Source of the DNA: Bdellovibrionales bacterium
Lineage (GTDB): Bacteria; Bdellovibrionota; Bdellovibrionia; Bdellovibrionales; JAKFYE01
Reading direction: 5' to 3'
Assembly: GCA_965206675.1 (NCBI GenBank)
Contig: CBDBKL010000007.1
Span: forward strand, 226,338 to 290,337
Length of the DNA: 64,000 bases
Under the pieces are notes generated by a model, which saw only the letters and a list, made by a program, of their open reading frames with translations, searched no databases and had not been told where the DNA came from. Shown here in pieces: positions 28,401-37,886 of the stretch (position 1 is its first letter; every line of letters begins with the position of its first letter). The position numbers were made by a program, and so were the translations under genes.

Positions 28401-29340
28401 AGAGAAGATAGTATTAGGTCTTTTTAATAAATTAATCACACAGGACTCTAGAATAAGTACTATTGATATTACAACTTCTGATGGAAAAACAGAGCAATAT
28501 TTTGTTGAGGCAGGGTTATCTCTTGCTACACAAATTCAAGCTATAATTATTGGTTTGATTGATTTCGTGAGTTATGGAAACACTTCATTTGCAGATAAAA
28601 TGAGAATTTGTGACCTTGTTGATAAAGAGAGATGTAGAGACTCTGGCTATGGATCTGTTGAATTCGTAACTTCCTCAGGACAAGGTTTATTTAAGGCAGC
28701 TCAAACACGATCTTCAGATAGTATTGTTTATTCACTAGTGAGTAAAGGTGTAGAGCTTTCTAAAATTCAAACAGATCTTTTAGATAAAATAAAAAATGCA
28801 GATAAACATATTGCAGAACAATCTAAGAAACTAGAAGAAGTTCAAACAGTAAATCAACAGCTCAATGATGCCATTGATTCTGCTATTGGTAATTTTCATC
28901 TTGCTGAGGATTTGGATAAAGTTAAAAACTATTTAACATCTGAAGAATTACCTAAAAATGGAGAAGAAAAAAGTGTTTGGCTTGTAGCTAGTGATGCTAT
29001 GGAAAATTTAGATAAATCTAAGCCTTTGACTTTTTCTGAAAATATTGAACATATTCAAAAACAATATTTTGAGGCTTATAAAATTGTTTATGAATTAAAA
29101 AGAAGAGATATATCATCGAGCTTTCCACTGCCAATAACTGCTGAAATGTATGTGAATAGCCTTGATGATGTTTTAAAATACATGAGGCAAAGTCAGGAAG
29201 CTGTTTTAGCACCCATGTTAGAAACCTCTGAAGTTTTATTTGCTCCATATCGGATTGATAGTGTTGAAAGATCAATGCAAAGTATTGAAGGGGATTTAAC
29301 CATTGTTAGACAGTTTATGGAAATGTTAAACCTCAATTAA
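25462..29340 (+). CDS. large (1292 aa) secreted zinc-dependent metalloprotease (DUF4953/DUF5117-like)
   Basis: HELGHNFGLRHNF zinc-binding motif followed by SIMDY. Signal peptide. Coiled-coil-like C-terminal third. Confidence 0.7.
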   Translation: MQLGKLLPFILMPFLVLDCAKPLNHRFVVNGELEKLSDSYRLQRDELNGKLFHFVRGIEDAAGGENTPVWAIPGFHIDFGLVRAELLKDELRFYAVGEPNVRPGYERIVASYEVLDNYDVVRDVNDFGETINRTVIKRDRPWNQRQYVYVNWGNLLNKSGKIVTQLYFYLELIEENSRQIGGISRDEGYISFLTESRVYDKVTFSYSNPVQVKFRTHLMPFKGTSDFKAHEYTFEDFEKFGYFLMYENYNDPEKGPLDSTQRKVARIFNICEPGTGRSCSTNQIRYVLNKGFPDRYLDLAQKAIEEWNEVFKKQLGRTDDVVILDTNDRRNVSDPRANMIVLFEPDLPNVLGNIGGVSQTVGNPKTGETVSARATVYAESLRRQRGVVDFFIDLILNNNDEQPFSNYSPYTLGRKISAEDFLNQANTLRKNLTLSQPTINYSRSVGVKELISMVEDVAEKFEITGDPLMNKKRFMKNYPEFFSLPKSDYSLLIKNGHSEGGILLKEKGHPYNSFLGLEGLHILAQDETPYAGIDREQRLQLGEMGFLQKRHVTMANMGIHTSEFIDEAILRYIQKYMQRHGIASLDRARDVIKDRVEREVFYSLLLHELGHNFGLRHNFYGSADKEHYTAEYHQVREGLRRGDPRIHPLDLDTMAYSSIMDYKSSFYSHNAGLGPYDSAAIKYGYLSNIDKRSDSIVKANFKFCTDHQVGENLLCNRFDQGSTVSEVIWHIIDRYKKNYLRTHFRNDRLNYERLLGRFINDLITRYMLPIRRVIDEFMFKMYVENIGFVENSVRANEVINLYNSEEIENAGIDFSDMSTLYKALIRNNQYLVNPSSYIPGGFADMIFANELAFKFFVDVLGTPEPGVFVAEQLKDGTNQLTRLGFGRSIDEQLMNLAEHRGVEDANDFIHSNRNRIVQLGPGLSAKKLFSTYNPLSERLESLGYIYDKISAEIVLGVRDLGVLKYNRVNFNGSAYLWPMSEKIVLGLFNKLITQDSRISTIDITTSDGKTEQYFVEAGLSLATQIQAIIIGLIDFVSYGNTSFADKMRICDLVDKERCRDSGYGSVEFVTSSGQGLFKAAQTRSSDSIVYSLVSKGVELSKIQTDLLDKIKNADKHIAEQSKKLEEVQTVNQQLNDAIDSAIGNFHLAEDLDKVKNYLTSEELPKNGEEKSVWLVASDAMENLDKSKPLTFSENIEHIQKQYFEAYKIVYELKRRDISSSFPLPITAEMYVNSLDDVLKYMRQSQEAVLAPMLETSEVLFAPYRIDSVERSMQSIEGDLTIVRQFMEMLNLN

Positions 29341-30382
29341 TGGATGAACTCAATTCCTTAATATACTGAACAAATCTATCAATGTCCCTTTCTTGGGTAT
29401 CAAATGATGTCATCCATCGCACAATTTGTTCTTTATCATCCCATACATAAAAAAACGTGTGTTCTCTTAACTTTTTAATGAGTTTTTTGGGAAGTTTTGC
29501 AAATACAGCGTTAGATTCAACAGGATAAACAATTTCAATTTCAGGAATATTTTTTATAGAATGGGCTAGGTATTTTGCCATTGAATGGCTTTGTTCAGAT
29601 ATTTCTTTCCAGAGGTGATTTGATAAATAGGTTTGAAATTGAGCAGAAATAAAACGGTGTTTACTGGCAAGTTGTAGACCCTGTTTTCGGATAAATTTGA
29701 ATTCATTTTTAAAATCTGACTTTAAAAAAACAACGGCTTCTCCGAGCAAAAATCCATTTTTAGTTCCTCCTAGAGAAAGAACATCAACTCCAATATCTGT
29801 TGTTATTTCTTTAAACGTTTTATTAAGAAAAGTAACTGCTTGAGCTAATCGTGCACCGTCTAAATGAAAAAATAATTTATGTCGTTTTACAAAGTCAGAG
29901 ATCTCTTTTAATTCTTTCAGAGTATAAACTGTTCCTTCTTCTGTGGGTTGTGTAATAGATAGCAATTTAGGTTGCACATAATGTTGATCTCCAAGTCTTG
30001 TTATGACTTTTTCAAGATCTTCGACATGTAATTTGCCGTTACGAGTTGGTACTGTGAGCAGTTTGGAACCCATCCATTTTTCTGGAGCACCACATTCATC
30101 GCAATTCATATGTGAACTTGAAGAGCAGATAATAGCTTCATAGGATTTTAAAAAAGCACTTATACCCAGGACATTGGCGGCTGTGCCATTGAAGACAAAA
30201 TAGGCATTGGCCCTATCTCCAAAGTGCTTTTTAATGAGTTTTTGTGTTTGGCACGTGATTTCATCCATTCCATACGAAATAAGATGACCTCCGTTGACCT
30301 TTGTGATGGCTTCTAAAATTTGAGGATGAACTCCGGAGGCATTATCGCTTGCAAAACTGTGTTTTCTTTCAAAATCAAACAT
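29333..30382 (-). CDS. ltaE: threonine aldolase-family PLP enzyme (beta-eliminating lyase fold)
   Basis: FASDN N-terminus and LSLGGTKNG PLP-lysine motif. Stop overlaps the convergent protease gene by 8 nt. Confidence 0.7.
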   Translation of the reverse strand: MFDFERKHSFASDNASGVHPQILEAITKVNGGHLISYGMDEITCQTQKLIKKHFGDRANAYFVFNGTAANVLGISAFLKSYEAIICSSSSHMNCDECGAPEKWMGSKLLTVPTRNGKLHVEDLEKVITRLGDQHYVQPKLLSITQPTEEGTVYTLKELKEISDFVKRHKLFFHLDGARLAQAVTFLNKTFKEITTDIGVDVLSLGGTKNGFLLGEAVVFLKSDFKNEFKFIRKQGLQLASKHRFISAQFQTYLSNHLWKEISEQSHSMAKYLAHSIKNIPEIEIVYPVESNAVFAKLPKKLIKKLREHTFFYVWDDKEQIVRWMTSFDTQERDIDRFVQYIKELSSSIN

Positions 30383-30461
30383 AAGATTTTATAGTATAGC
30401 ATTTTTTATAATGCAGTTTATTTTGTCATATTTAAAAGTTTGTGCTATACGTCATGGACTT

Positions 30462-31607
30462 ATGAATTCTATTTATTTTGATAACAATGCGACAACTCCT
30501 TTTTTGCCTGAGGTATCAGAGTGGTTAAATACCCATTTATCTACTTATGGTAATCCAAGTTCTATTCATGAAAAAGGACGTAAAGCAAAAGCCATTTTAA
30601 GGGAATCTAGAACACTACTAGCTAATGTTATTGGTGCAAACTCAGATTTAGAAATTATTTTTACAAGTGGAGGTAGTGAAGCTAATAACTTAGCTATAAA
30701 GGGGATTTATTATAAATTAAAATCTAAGGGGCACCCCTGTCGTCATATGCTTTTGGGAGCGATGGAACATTCTAGTCTCATGAGCATGGTTCCTTTTTTT
30801 CAATCTCTTGGTGTAGAAGTTGAACTCATTCCTATTGATCGAGATGGTTTTGTGAATTTAGAACAATTTGAATCCCAATTGCGTGAAGAGACATTCATTG
30901 TATCAATGATGTATGCAAGCAATGAAACAGGAACTTTATTTCCTATAAAAAAAATGGCAAAAATAGCCCATAAGAAAAATATTCTTTTTCATTCAGATTG
31001 TGTACAAGGTTTAGGAAAAACATTGCTTTCTGTTTCTGACTTAGATGTGGATTTGGCTAGTTTTTCATCTCATAAGTTTTATGCTCCCAAAGGAGTGGGG
31101 CTTCTTTATGTTAAAAAGGGAATTGATCTGGAGCCCCTGATCCATGGTGGTGGTCAAGAACGATCTCGAAGAGGAGGAACTGAAAATGTTATGGGGATTG
31201 GTGCTTTTGGAGAGGCCGCACGATTAAAATTTCCAGAAAAAATAAAACAAATAGAAGCATTAAGAGAAAAATTGGAAGAAAATATTGTAAGCTCGATTCC
31301 TAATGTTTCTATTAATGGAAAAGGTATAGGGCGAGTCAGTAACACCTCTAATATGGTTTTACCAGATATAGACGGGGAGATGTTATTAATGAACTTGGAT
31401 CTAGAAAAAATACATGTGAGTACAGGGTCAGCTTGTAGCTCTGGGTCACAAGAACCAAGTTCGGCTCTCAGAGCTATGGGGTTAAGTGTAAAAGAGGCCA
31501 GATCTTCTTTAAGAGTTAGTTTAGGTTGGCAAAACACACAAGAAGAAGTAGAGGTTTTTTGTGAAAAATTATGTGCTATTGTAGAGCGTCTTAGGAGTTT
31601 AAAATGA
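30462..31607 (+). CDS. cysteine desulfurase (NifS/IscS family)
   Basis: IYFDNNATTP, SSHKFYAPKGVG PLP lysine and GSACSSG active-site Cys. ATG 30462 is preferred over track start 30411. Confidence 0.9.
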   Translation: MNSIYFDNNATTPFLPEVSEWLNTHLSTYGNPSSIHEKGRKAKAILRESRTLLANVIGANSDLEIIFTSGGSEANNLAIKGIYYKLKSKGHPCRHMLLGAMEHSSLMSMVPFFQSLGVEVELIPIDRDGFVNLEQFESQLREETFIVSMMYASNETGTLFPIKKMAKIAHKKNILFHSDCVQGLGKTLLSVSDLDVDLASFSSHKFYAPKGVGLLYVKKGIDLEPLIHGGGQERSRRGGTENVMGIGAFGEAARLKFPEKIKQIEALREKLEENIVSSIPNVSINGKGIGRVSNTSNMVLPDIDGEMLLMNLDLEKIHVSTGSACSSGSQEPSSALRAMGLSVKEARSSLRVSLGWQNTQEEVEVFCEKLCAIVERLRSLK

Positions 31608-32668
31608 AAAAAGGGCGAATTCTTGTCGCAATGAGTGGAGGCGTTGATTCTTCAGTAGCTGCTGCCCTTCTTAAAGAGGAGGGGTATGATGTCATAGGTA
31701 TGACAATGCAAGTGTGGGATTATTCTGAACAGGTTGAGGGGCACGGAACATGTTGCTCAAGTTTGGATGTGGATGATGCACGAAATGTAGCCGACCAATT
31801 AGATATTCCATTTTACGTATTAAACTGTGAGAAAAAATTTAAAACCTATGTGATAGATGATTTTTTATCAGAATATCTCAAAGGGAAGACCCCTTTGCCC
31901 TGTGTGAACTGTAATACATATTTAAAATTTGATCATCTTTTTGAGAAGATGAAAGAATTAAATTGTGATTACTTAGCAACTGGACACTATGCTTCGATTG
32001 AAAAGGATGAAGAGGGGCGGGAGATTTTAATCACCAGTGAGGATGGCAAAAAGGACCAAACATATTTCTTATTTACTTTAGAGTCTGATAGATTAAAATA
32101 TTTAAAATTTCCTATAGGGCATCTTAAGAAGGATAGAGTTAGACAGCTAGCTGAGAAATACAATTTATCTGTTTCTAAGAAAAAGGATTCAACGGGTATT
32201 TGTTTTGTAGGGAAACAAGGGTATTCAAATTTTATAAAATCCCAAATAGGTAGTGAAGAAAAAGGTTCTATTAGGAAATTTCCTTCAGGGGAAATTTTAG
32301 GCACTCATGCAGGTATACATAATTTTACCTATGGGCAGAGAAAGGGTTTAGGAATAGCTAGTGAAAAACCGTTGTATGTGGTTAAGATAGATGCTTCAAA
32401 AAAAGATGTTTGGGTAGGGGAGGAGGAACATCTCTTTTGTCAATTGGCTCAGGTTGTAAAATTTAACTCTCTATCACCTATTCATAGAAAAGAACGTGTA
32501 CGTGTAAAAATAAGATATCAGCATGAGGGTGCTTGGGCTGAGATAAAGAGTATTAAAGATGATAATGTTGTTTTTGAATTTGAAGAGCCTCAAAGAGCTC
32601 TCACTCCTGGGCAGGCTGCTGTTGCCTATCGAGATTCTCAATTGTTAGGCGGGGGATGGATCGTTTGA
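31604..32668 (+). CDS. mnmA: tRNA 2-thiouridine(34) synthase
   Basis: VAMSGGVDSSVAA PP-loop and DQTYFL motif. Confidence 0.95.
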   Translation: MKKGRILVAMSGGVDSSVAAALLKEEGYDVIGMTMQVWDYSEQVEGHGTCCSSLDVDDARNVADQLDIPFYVLNCEKKFKTYVIDDFLSEYLKGKTPLPCVNCNTYLKFDHLFEKMKELNCDYLATGHYASIEKDEEGREILITSEDGKKDQTYFLFTLESDRLKYLKFPIGHLKKDRVRQLAEKYNLSVSKKKDSTGICFVGKQGYSNFIKSQIGSEEKGSIRKFPSGEILGTHAGIHNFTYGQRKGLGIASEKPLYVVKIDASKKDVWVGEEEHLFCQLAQVVKFNSLSPIHRKERVRVKIRYQHEGAWAEIKSIKDDNVVFEFEEPQRALTPGQAAVAYRDSQLLGGGWIV

Positions 32669-33957
32669 AGACATACTCTATAGAAACTTTTGGTTGTAAA
32701 GTAAATACATATGATACGGGTTTGATTCAGAAACAGCTAGATGAGGCTGGATATACCTATGATACAAAATCACCAGAACTTTCTATTTTCAATACATGTG
32801 CGGTGACAGAAGAAGCGACGAAGTCAATTCTTAAGGCTATTAGAAAATATCGAAAAACTTATTTAAATAGAAAAATATTGGTGACAGGTTGTGGAGTTCA
32901 AGTTGACCCTGAAAAATATAAAAAAGAATTGGGCATAGATGTTCTTGTAGCTAATTCTCATAAAATGAACATAGTGGATATCATTAATGATTTTAATCAA
33001 GGAAAAGCTGAGAGACTTTATAGAAAAAATATTTTTAAAAAAGAAGATTTGGAATATGGAGGAGGAATAGAAAAAAATCATTCTCGCACCTTTTTGAAGA
33101 TACAAGATGGGTGCAATAGTTTTTGTTCATTTTGTATTATTCCATTTGCTAGAGGGAAAAGTCGTAGTTTAGAAATATCCAATCTTATAGAAAGGGCTAA
33201 TGTTTTATATACTCAAGGTTATCGAGAAATTGTTCTTACAGGGGTTCATATTGGAGATTATAGAGATGAGAATGGACAAAATTTAGATGATCTTGTGGAA
33301 GCTTTTTTATCTTTTACAAAGATACCAAGAATTCGCTTAAGTAGTCTTGAACCTATTGAAATTTCTCAACGCCTTTTGGAAATGTATTCTGATGAAAGAT
33401 TATGTCCACATTTTCATTTGAGTATTCAAAGTGCTAGCACAAAAGTTTTAAAAGATATGAAAAGGAAATATACAGAATCTGATGTACGAAAGTGCTTATA
33501 CAATATTGAAAAAAAAGTTAAAAATGCTTTTGTAGGGATGGATATTATTGCTGGTTTTCCTACGGAAACAGAGGAAGAGTTTTTAAACACACATAGGGTA
33601 TTGAGTGAAACTCCGTGGACACGATTACATGTGTTTCCCTATAGTGTTCGTCCAGGGACACGTGCTATGCGATTTGAACAGTTAGAAAGAGCTATTATCA
33701 AACAGCGCGCTAAAAAATTAAGGGATTTAAGCTTTGAGAGATTTCAACTCAGAACAAAAGAACAGATAGGTACTGTTAAAGATATCCTCACGTTTTCAAA
33801 GAAGGTTAAGGGTGGAGACGGTCTTTCTCATGATTACTGGCCTGTAAAATTAGAAAATTCCTTCAAGAAAAAAGAGAGATATAAAGTTCAAATATTTGAT
33901 ATTATTAATGAATTTTCCAAAGAGGGCCTACTTTTAGGAAAGATTCTTAGAGCTTGA
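32656..33957 (+). CDS. mtaB: MiaB-like radical-SAM tRNA methylthiotransferase (MtaB type)
   Basis: TFGCKVNTYD N-terminal domain and CNSFCSFC radical-SAM cluster. Confidence 0.8.
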   Translation: MDRLKTYSIETFGCKVNTYDTGLIQKQLDEAGYTYDTKSPELSIFNTCAVTEEATKSILKAIRKYRKTYLNRKILVTGCGVQVDPEKYKKELGIDVLVANSHKMNIVDIINDFNQGKAERLYRKNIFKKEDLEYGGGIEKNHSRTFLKIQDGCNSFCSFCIIPFARGKSRSLEISNLIERANVLYTQGYREIVLTGVHIGDYRDENGQNLDDLVEAFLSFTKIPRIRLSSLEPIEISQRLLEMYSDERLCPHFHLSIQSASTKVLKDMKRKYTESDVRKCLYNIEKKVKNAFVGMDIIAGFPTETEEEFLNTHRVLSETPWTRLHVFPYSVRPGTRAMRFEQLERAIIKQRAKKLRDLSFERFQLRTKEQIGTVKDILTFSKKVKGGDGLSHDYWPVKLENSFKKKERYKVQIFDIINEFSKEGLLLGKILRA

Positions 33958-34026
33958 CGAAATATAATGTGCCGCATTAATTTATAACTCCATGTGTGTG
34001 TGTTTTTTTAATTTTACTGGAGTCGC

Positions 34027-34719
34027 ATGATGTTTTTTCATTCTCTTGAGAAGCACTTAAAGTACCACTTTTTAAGTGAGGAGTTAGCTCTTACAGCTTT
34101 AACACATAAGAGTTATAAAAATGAAAAGAAAATAGCCTACGATAATGAGAGATTAGAGTTTCTGGGTGATTCTGTTTTATCGACAGTATTAAGTGAGTTG
34201 CTTATGAAAATTTATCCTGAAATGAACGAGGGAGAATTATCGAAGATGCGTGCCCATTTAATCAATGAGCGTTTCTTAGCAAAAATTGCAAATCAACTTG
34301 ATCTCCAGAGCTATTTAAAATTAGGTCATGGGGAAACACTTTCAGGTGGTCATTTAAAACCGCGGTTGTTGGCTTCTGCTTTTGAAGCGTTAATTGGAGC
34401 TATTTATTTAGATGGTGGATTTGAAAAAGCAAGGGATGTTGTTCATTTTATTTTTAAAGATAAAGTGAAAATACCCAAATTTGAAGAGAAAGAGGATTAT
34501 AAGACATACTTACAGGAAATGACGCAAAAAAAATATGATAAAGTGCCTACTTATAAAGTTTCAGAAGAGAGTGGTCCTGAGCATGAAAAAGTATTTTCTG
34601 TAGAGTTATATTTAGACAGCAAAGTTTTAGCCAAGGGTTCTGGAACAAGTAAGAAGCGTGCTGAGCAAGCGGCTGCTAAAATAGCTATTTTAGATTTAGA
34701 GGGTAAAAATGAGTTATAA
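34027..34719 (+). CDS. rnc: ribonuclease III
   Basis: ERLEFLGDSVL signature and C-terminal dsRBD. Confidence 0.93.
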   Translation: MMFFHSLEKHLKYHFLSEELALTALTHKSYKNEKKIAYDNERLEFLGDSVLSTVLSELLMKIYPEMNEGELSKMRAHLINERFLAKIANQLDLQSYLKLGHGETLSGGHLKPRLLASAFEALIGAIYLDGGFEKARDVVHFIFKDKVKIPKFEEKEDYKTYLQEMTQKKYDKVPTYKVSEESGPEHEKVFSVELYLDSKVLAKGSGTSKKRAEQAAAKIAILDLEGKNEL

Positions 34720-35602
34720 ATCAGGTTTTGTTGGTATGATTGGGCTGCCTAACTCTGGAAAGAGTACTCTCCTCAATAGTATTCTGAATCAAAAAGTATC
34801 TATAGTCACACACAAACCACAGACCACAAGGCGAAGAGTTTTAGGCATATACACAGAAGTAAAGTTACAGTGTATATTTGTGGATACCCCTGGGGTTATT
34901 GAAGCTCGAGAAGGGCTTAATAAATTCTTAGCAGAAGAGTATAAATCTGCTTTAAAAAAGAGCGATTTATTAATCGCACTATTAAATATAGATGCTCCAC
35001 ATTTCTCTCATTTAGAAAGAATTATTTCTCTTTGTGAAGAATCTAAAAAAAAGTGGTGTGCTGTGGTTAATAAAATTGATCTACCTTACCCAGAGAGAAT
35101 ATTAAAATTAGAGAATAAACTGAAATCATTAGATGTTAAATATGACTTTATTTCTACAAAGCGTAACTCAAGAGAGGCGGTTCATACAACCTTATCTATG
35201 ATCAAAGAAGACCTTCCCCCATCTAAATCACCTTTGTTTGCAGAAGATATTTATACAACTGAAACTCTAAGAGATATTTCGAGTGAAACAATACGAGAAA
35301 AGTGTTTTCTCTATTTAAAACATGAATTGCCTTATACACTAGCTGTTCGCATTCGTTCATTTAAAACAAAACCTCATATTATTTCTATATCTGCGGATAT
35401 TATATTGGGACGTGAGTCTCATAAAAAAATAGTGATTGGTAGAGACGGGATTTCTTTAAGAAGGATTGGTTTTCAAGCTAGAACAGAGTTGGAAAAGATA
35501 CTGGATAAAAAGGTGTATTTGGATTTGCATGTTACGGTTAAAACAGAATGGATAAAAAATAGACCTTTGATGCAGGAATTGGGTTATGAAGTTAGAAAAT
35601 AA
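34709..35602 (+). CDS. era: GTPase Era
   Basis: GLPNSGKSTLLN G1, DTPG G3 and KH domain. rnc-era order. Confidence 0.93.
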   Translation: MSYKSGFVGMIGLPNSGKSTLLNSILNQKVSIVTHKPQTTRRRVLGIYTEVKLQCIFVDTPGVIEAREGLNKFLAEEYKSALKKSDLLIALLNIDAPHFSHLERIISLCEESKKKWCAVVNKIDLPYPERILKLENKLKSLDVKYDFISTKRNSREAVHTTLSMIKEDLPPSKSPLFAEDIYTTETLRDISSETIREKCFLYLKHELPYTLAVRIRSFKTKPHIISISADIILGRESHKKIVIGRDGISLRRIGFQARTELEKILDKKVYLDLHVTVKTEWIKNRPLMQELGYEVRK

Positions 35603-36935
35603 AGTGATTATTATAGGTCGACCCAATGTAGGAAAATCTTCTTTGTTCAACATATTGACAAAATCTCGTAAAGCTTTGGTAAAAAATCAGCCAGGAGTGA
35701 CTAGAGATTTGCAATATGGTCAATCTGAGTGGTGTGGTAAAACATTTAACGTGATTGATAGTGGGGGATTAACTTTTTCAAAAGATATATTTTCTGACTT
35801 AATTAGAGAGAAAGTTAAATCTTTTATAAGCGATGATATAGAAGCTATAATATTTATGTTGGATTATAAATCTGGAATCTGTGCGGAAGATAGAGAAATT
35901 TTTAAAATCATTAAAAAAACGGGAAAGCCATTTATTATCGCTTTGAATAAGATTGATAGAGCTGAGGAATTTGAAAGTGCAAAATATAATTATTTTGAAT
36001 TTGGTCAATCTATTGAAAGTCTTTCTTGTGAGAGGCGTTGGGGCATTGAGAATTTATTAGATTGGGTTGTTAAAACATTACCCGGTCAAGAGAAAGAAGT
36101 TTTGAAAACTGATGATAGAATAACGTTATCTATTATAGGGAAACCAAATGTAGGAAAGAGTTCTCTTTGCAATTTTTTATTAGCTGAGGAGAGAATGCTT
36201 GTTTCCGATGTGGCAGGAACAACTGTTGACACTATTGCTTCTGAATTTGAGTTTAAGAATAAAAAATACAGATTATTTGATACGGCGGGAATCAGAAGAA
36301 AGGTGAAATCTGATTTAGAGATACTGATGACAATAAAGTCAAAAGAATCTTGGGAGAGATCGGATATTGTATTGCTTATCATAGATGGATTGGAGGGGCC
36401 TTCAGATCAGGATGCTCATCTGGTTCAATTAATTTTAGAAAGTCATAAAACAGTTATTTTAGTTGTTAATAAGGAGGATTTAGGAAGACAGCAGATTTCG
36501 GAATTTCGTAAAACCATAAGGGAAAAGATCAGTCAGGTTTTTCATTTCTTCCCTGATATTCCTATTTATTTTATCAGTGCCAAAACAGGTTCTGGTATTG
36601 AAAAGATGTTCCAGGGTATTCAAGCGCATTGGGAGAAAATAAACGTAAAGATAAAAACATCGGAACTTAATAAGTTTTTCTCTAATACGATAAGGTTAGC
36701 TCCTGCTCCTGTCTATGGTGTAAAGGATGTAAAGTTTTACTATTTAACACAGACAAAGCAGAGACCTCCTAGTTTTATTGCCTTTGCGAATTATCCTGAT
36801 GGAGTTAATCTTTCTTATCGTCGTTTTTTATCAAAGAAGATAAAGGAGAAGTGGAATTTAGATGGAATTCCTATAAGGATATTTGCCATGGAGCATCGAA
36901 AGAAAAATACTCTTAATTCAAAAAACATGATGTAA
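35586..36935 (+). CDS. der: ribosome-associated GTPase Der (EngA)
   Basis: Two tandem GTPase domains (GRPNVGKSSLFN, GKPNVGKSSLCN). Confidence 0.93.
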   Translation: MKLENKVIIIGRPNVGKSSLFNILTKSRKALVKNQPGVTRDLQYGQSEWCGKTFNVIDSGGLTFSKDIFSDLIREKVKSFISDDIEAIIFMLDYKSGICAEDREIFKIIKKTGKPFIIALNKIDRAEEFESAKYNYFEFGQSIESLSCERRWGIENLLDWVVKTLPGQEKEVLKTDDRITLSIIGKPNVGKSSLCNFLLAEERMLVSDVAGTTVDTIASEFEFKNKKYRLFDTAGIRRKVKSDLEILMTIKSKESWERSDIVLLIIDGLEGPSDQDAHLVQLILESHKTVILVVNKEDLGRQQISEFRKTIREKISQVFHFFPDIPIYFISAKTGSGIEKMFQGIQAHWEKINVKIKTSELNKFFSNTIRLAPAPVYGVKDVKFYYLTQTKQRPPSFIAFANYPDGVNLSYRRFLSKKIKEKWNLDGIPIRIFAMEHRKKNTLNSKNMM

Positions 36936-36949
36936 GCAATCAAACTTTC

Positions 36950-37086
36950 TTGATTCGTATTAGGGGGACTGTCGAAAAGGTGTTAGCTACGAGGCGTACA
37001 AACCGAACGAAGGCGTAGTTTTTCCTACGTCGGAGTGAAGGTTTGAGTGATTGCAACGAAGTAGATGACACCTTTTCAACAGTCCT
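36950..37086 (+). repeat. Family-1 repeat, copy 1d (complete, short-core subfamily)
   Basis: Same architecture as 1c, with GAGGCGTACAAACCG in place of GAGGCGTTCAAGCTCAAACCG. Fills the convergent gap der/OMP and ends 2 nt from the OMP stop. Confidence 0.88.
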
Positions 37087-37088
37087 AG

Positions 37089-37832
37089 CTAAAAGGATGT
37101 GCCGATGAATCCGAGCAAAGTTATAGCATCTCCGGGAAGTAGGAGTCCTGTCGGGCCTGTTTCAAGCCTAATGGGTTCAATTTCGTCTTCAATAGAAAAA
37201 TATTTATAAGTTCCTTCAAACCCTAAAAATATAGATCGCGATACGGGAAATTCAACTCCTGCTCCCATGGATACACCTGTTGCACTTTCTGTGTTTGTAC
37301 TAATGGAAGAGGGTAGTGAAAATGTTCTCCAAAATTGTAAAAAGTTAAACGTAACATAAGGATTTAATGGAGCTAATCCACGAGTCATGTTTTGAGTGTT
37401 AAAGAAATATTTTATCCCCAATGTAAAGTCATTTGAAGAGATATTTCCATTTTCTGGTATAGGACTTCCTCTTAAGTCAAATTCATGGTTGGAATAAACA
37501 TAGGATATATGTAAAGCTAATTTTAAATTAAAAAAGTAGGAAAGGAAAAACCCAATAGGTACATTTGGACGCCAGGCTTGGCCTAAGCGTTTAGTAAAGT
37601 ACTTATACCCTGATGCAATACCAATTTCGAAAAATCTTCCATGTCTAAAAAAATGTATATCTTCTTCTTCCTCAGCATCACCTTCAAAATCTGAATAATC
37701 GGTGAAGGGGTCATAAGCATCGATATTATAATCAGCAGGTTCATCTTGTCCTGACTGTGCTAAAAGAATAGAATTTGCTGAAGCCGAGTTTAAAAAGAAA
37801 ATAGTGAATACCAAGAAAAATAATCTTGTCAT
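37089..37832 (-). CDS. outer-membrane beta-barrel (OmpA-beta/porin-like) protein
   Basis: Signal peptide ending ANS, an acidic linker, alternating strands and a C-terminal F. Confidence 0.55.
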   Translation of the reverse strand: MTRLFFLVFTIFFLNSASANSILLAQSGQDEPADYNIDAYDPFTDYSDFEGDAEEEEDIHFFRHGRFFEIGIASGYKYFTKRLGQAWRPNVPIGFFLSYFFNLKLALHISYVYSNHEFDLRGSPIPENGNISSNDFTLGIKYFFNTQNMTRGLAPLNPYVTFNFLQFWRTFSLPSSISTNTESATGVSMGAGVEFPVSRSIFLGFEGTYKYFSIEDEIEPIRLETGPTGLLLPGDAITLLGFIGTSF

Positions 37833-37886
37833 TTTAAGTTCCCCTTATCTTTATGAGAAGATCTAAGCATATATACGTCCCTTAAA

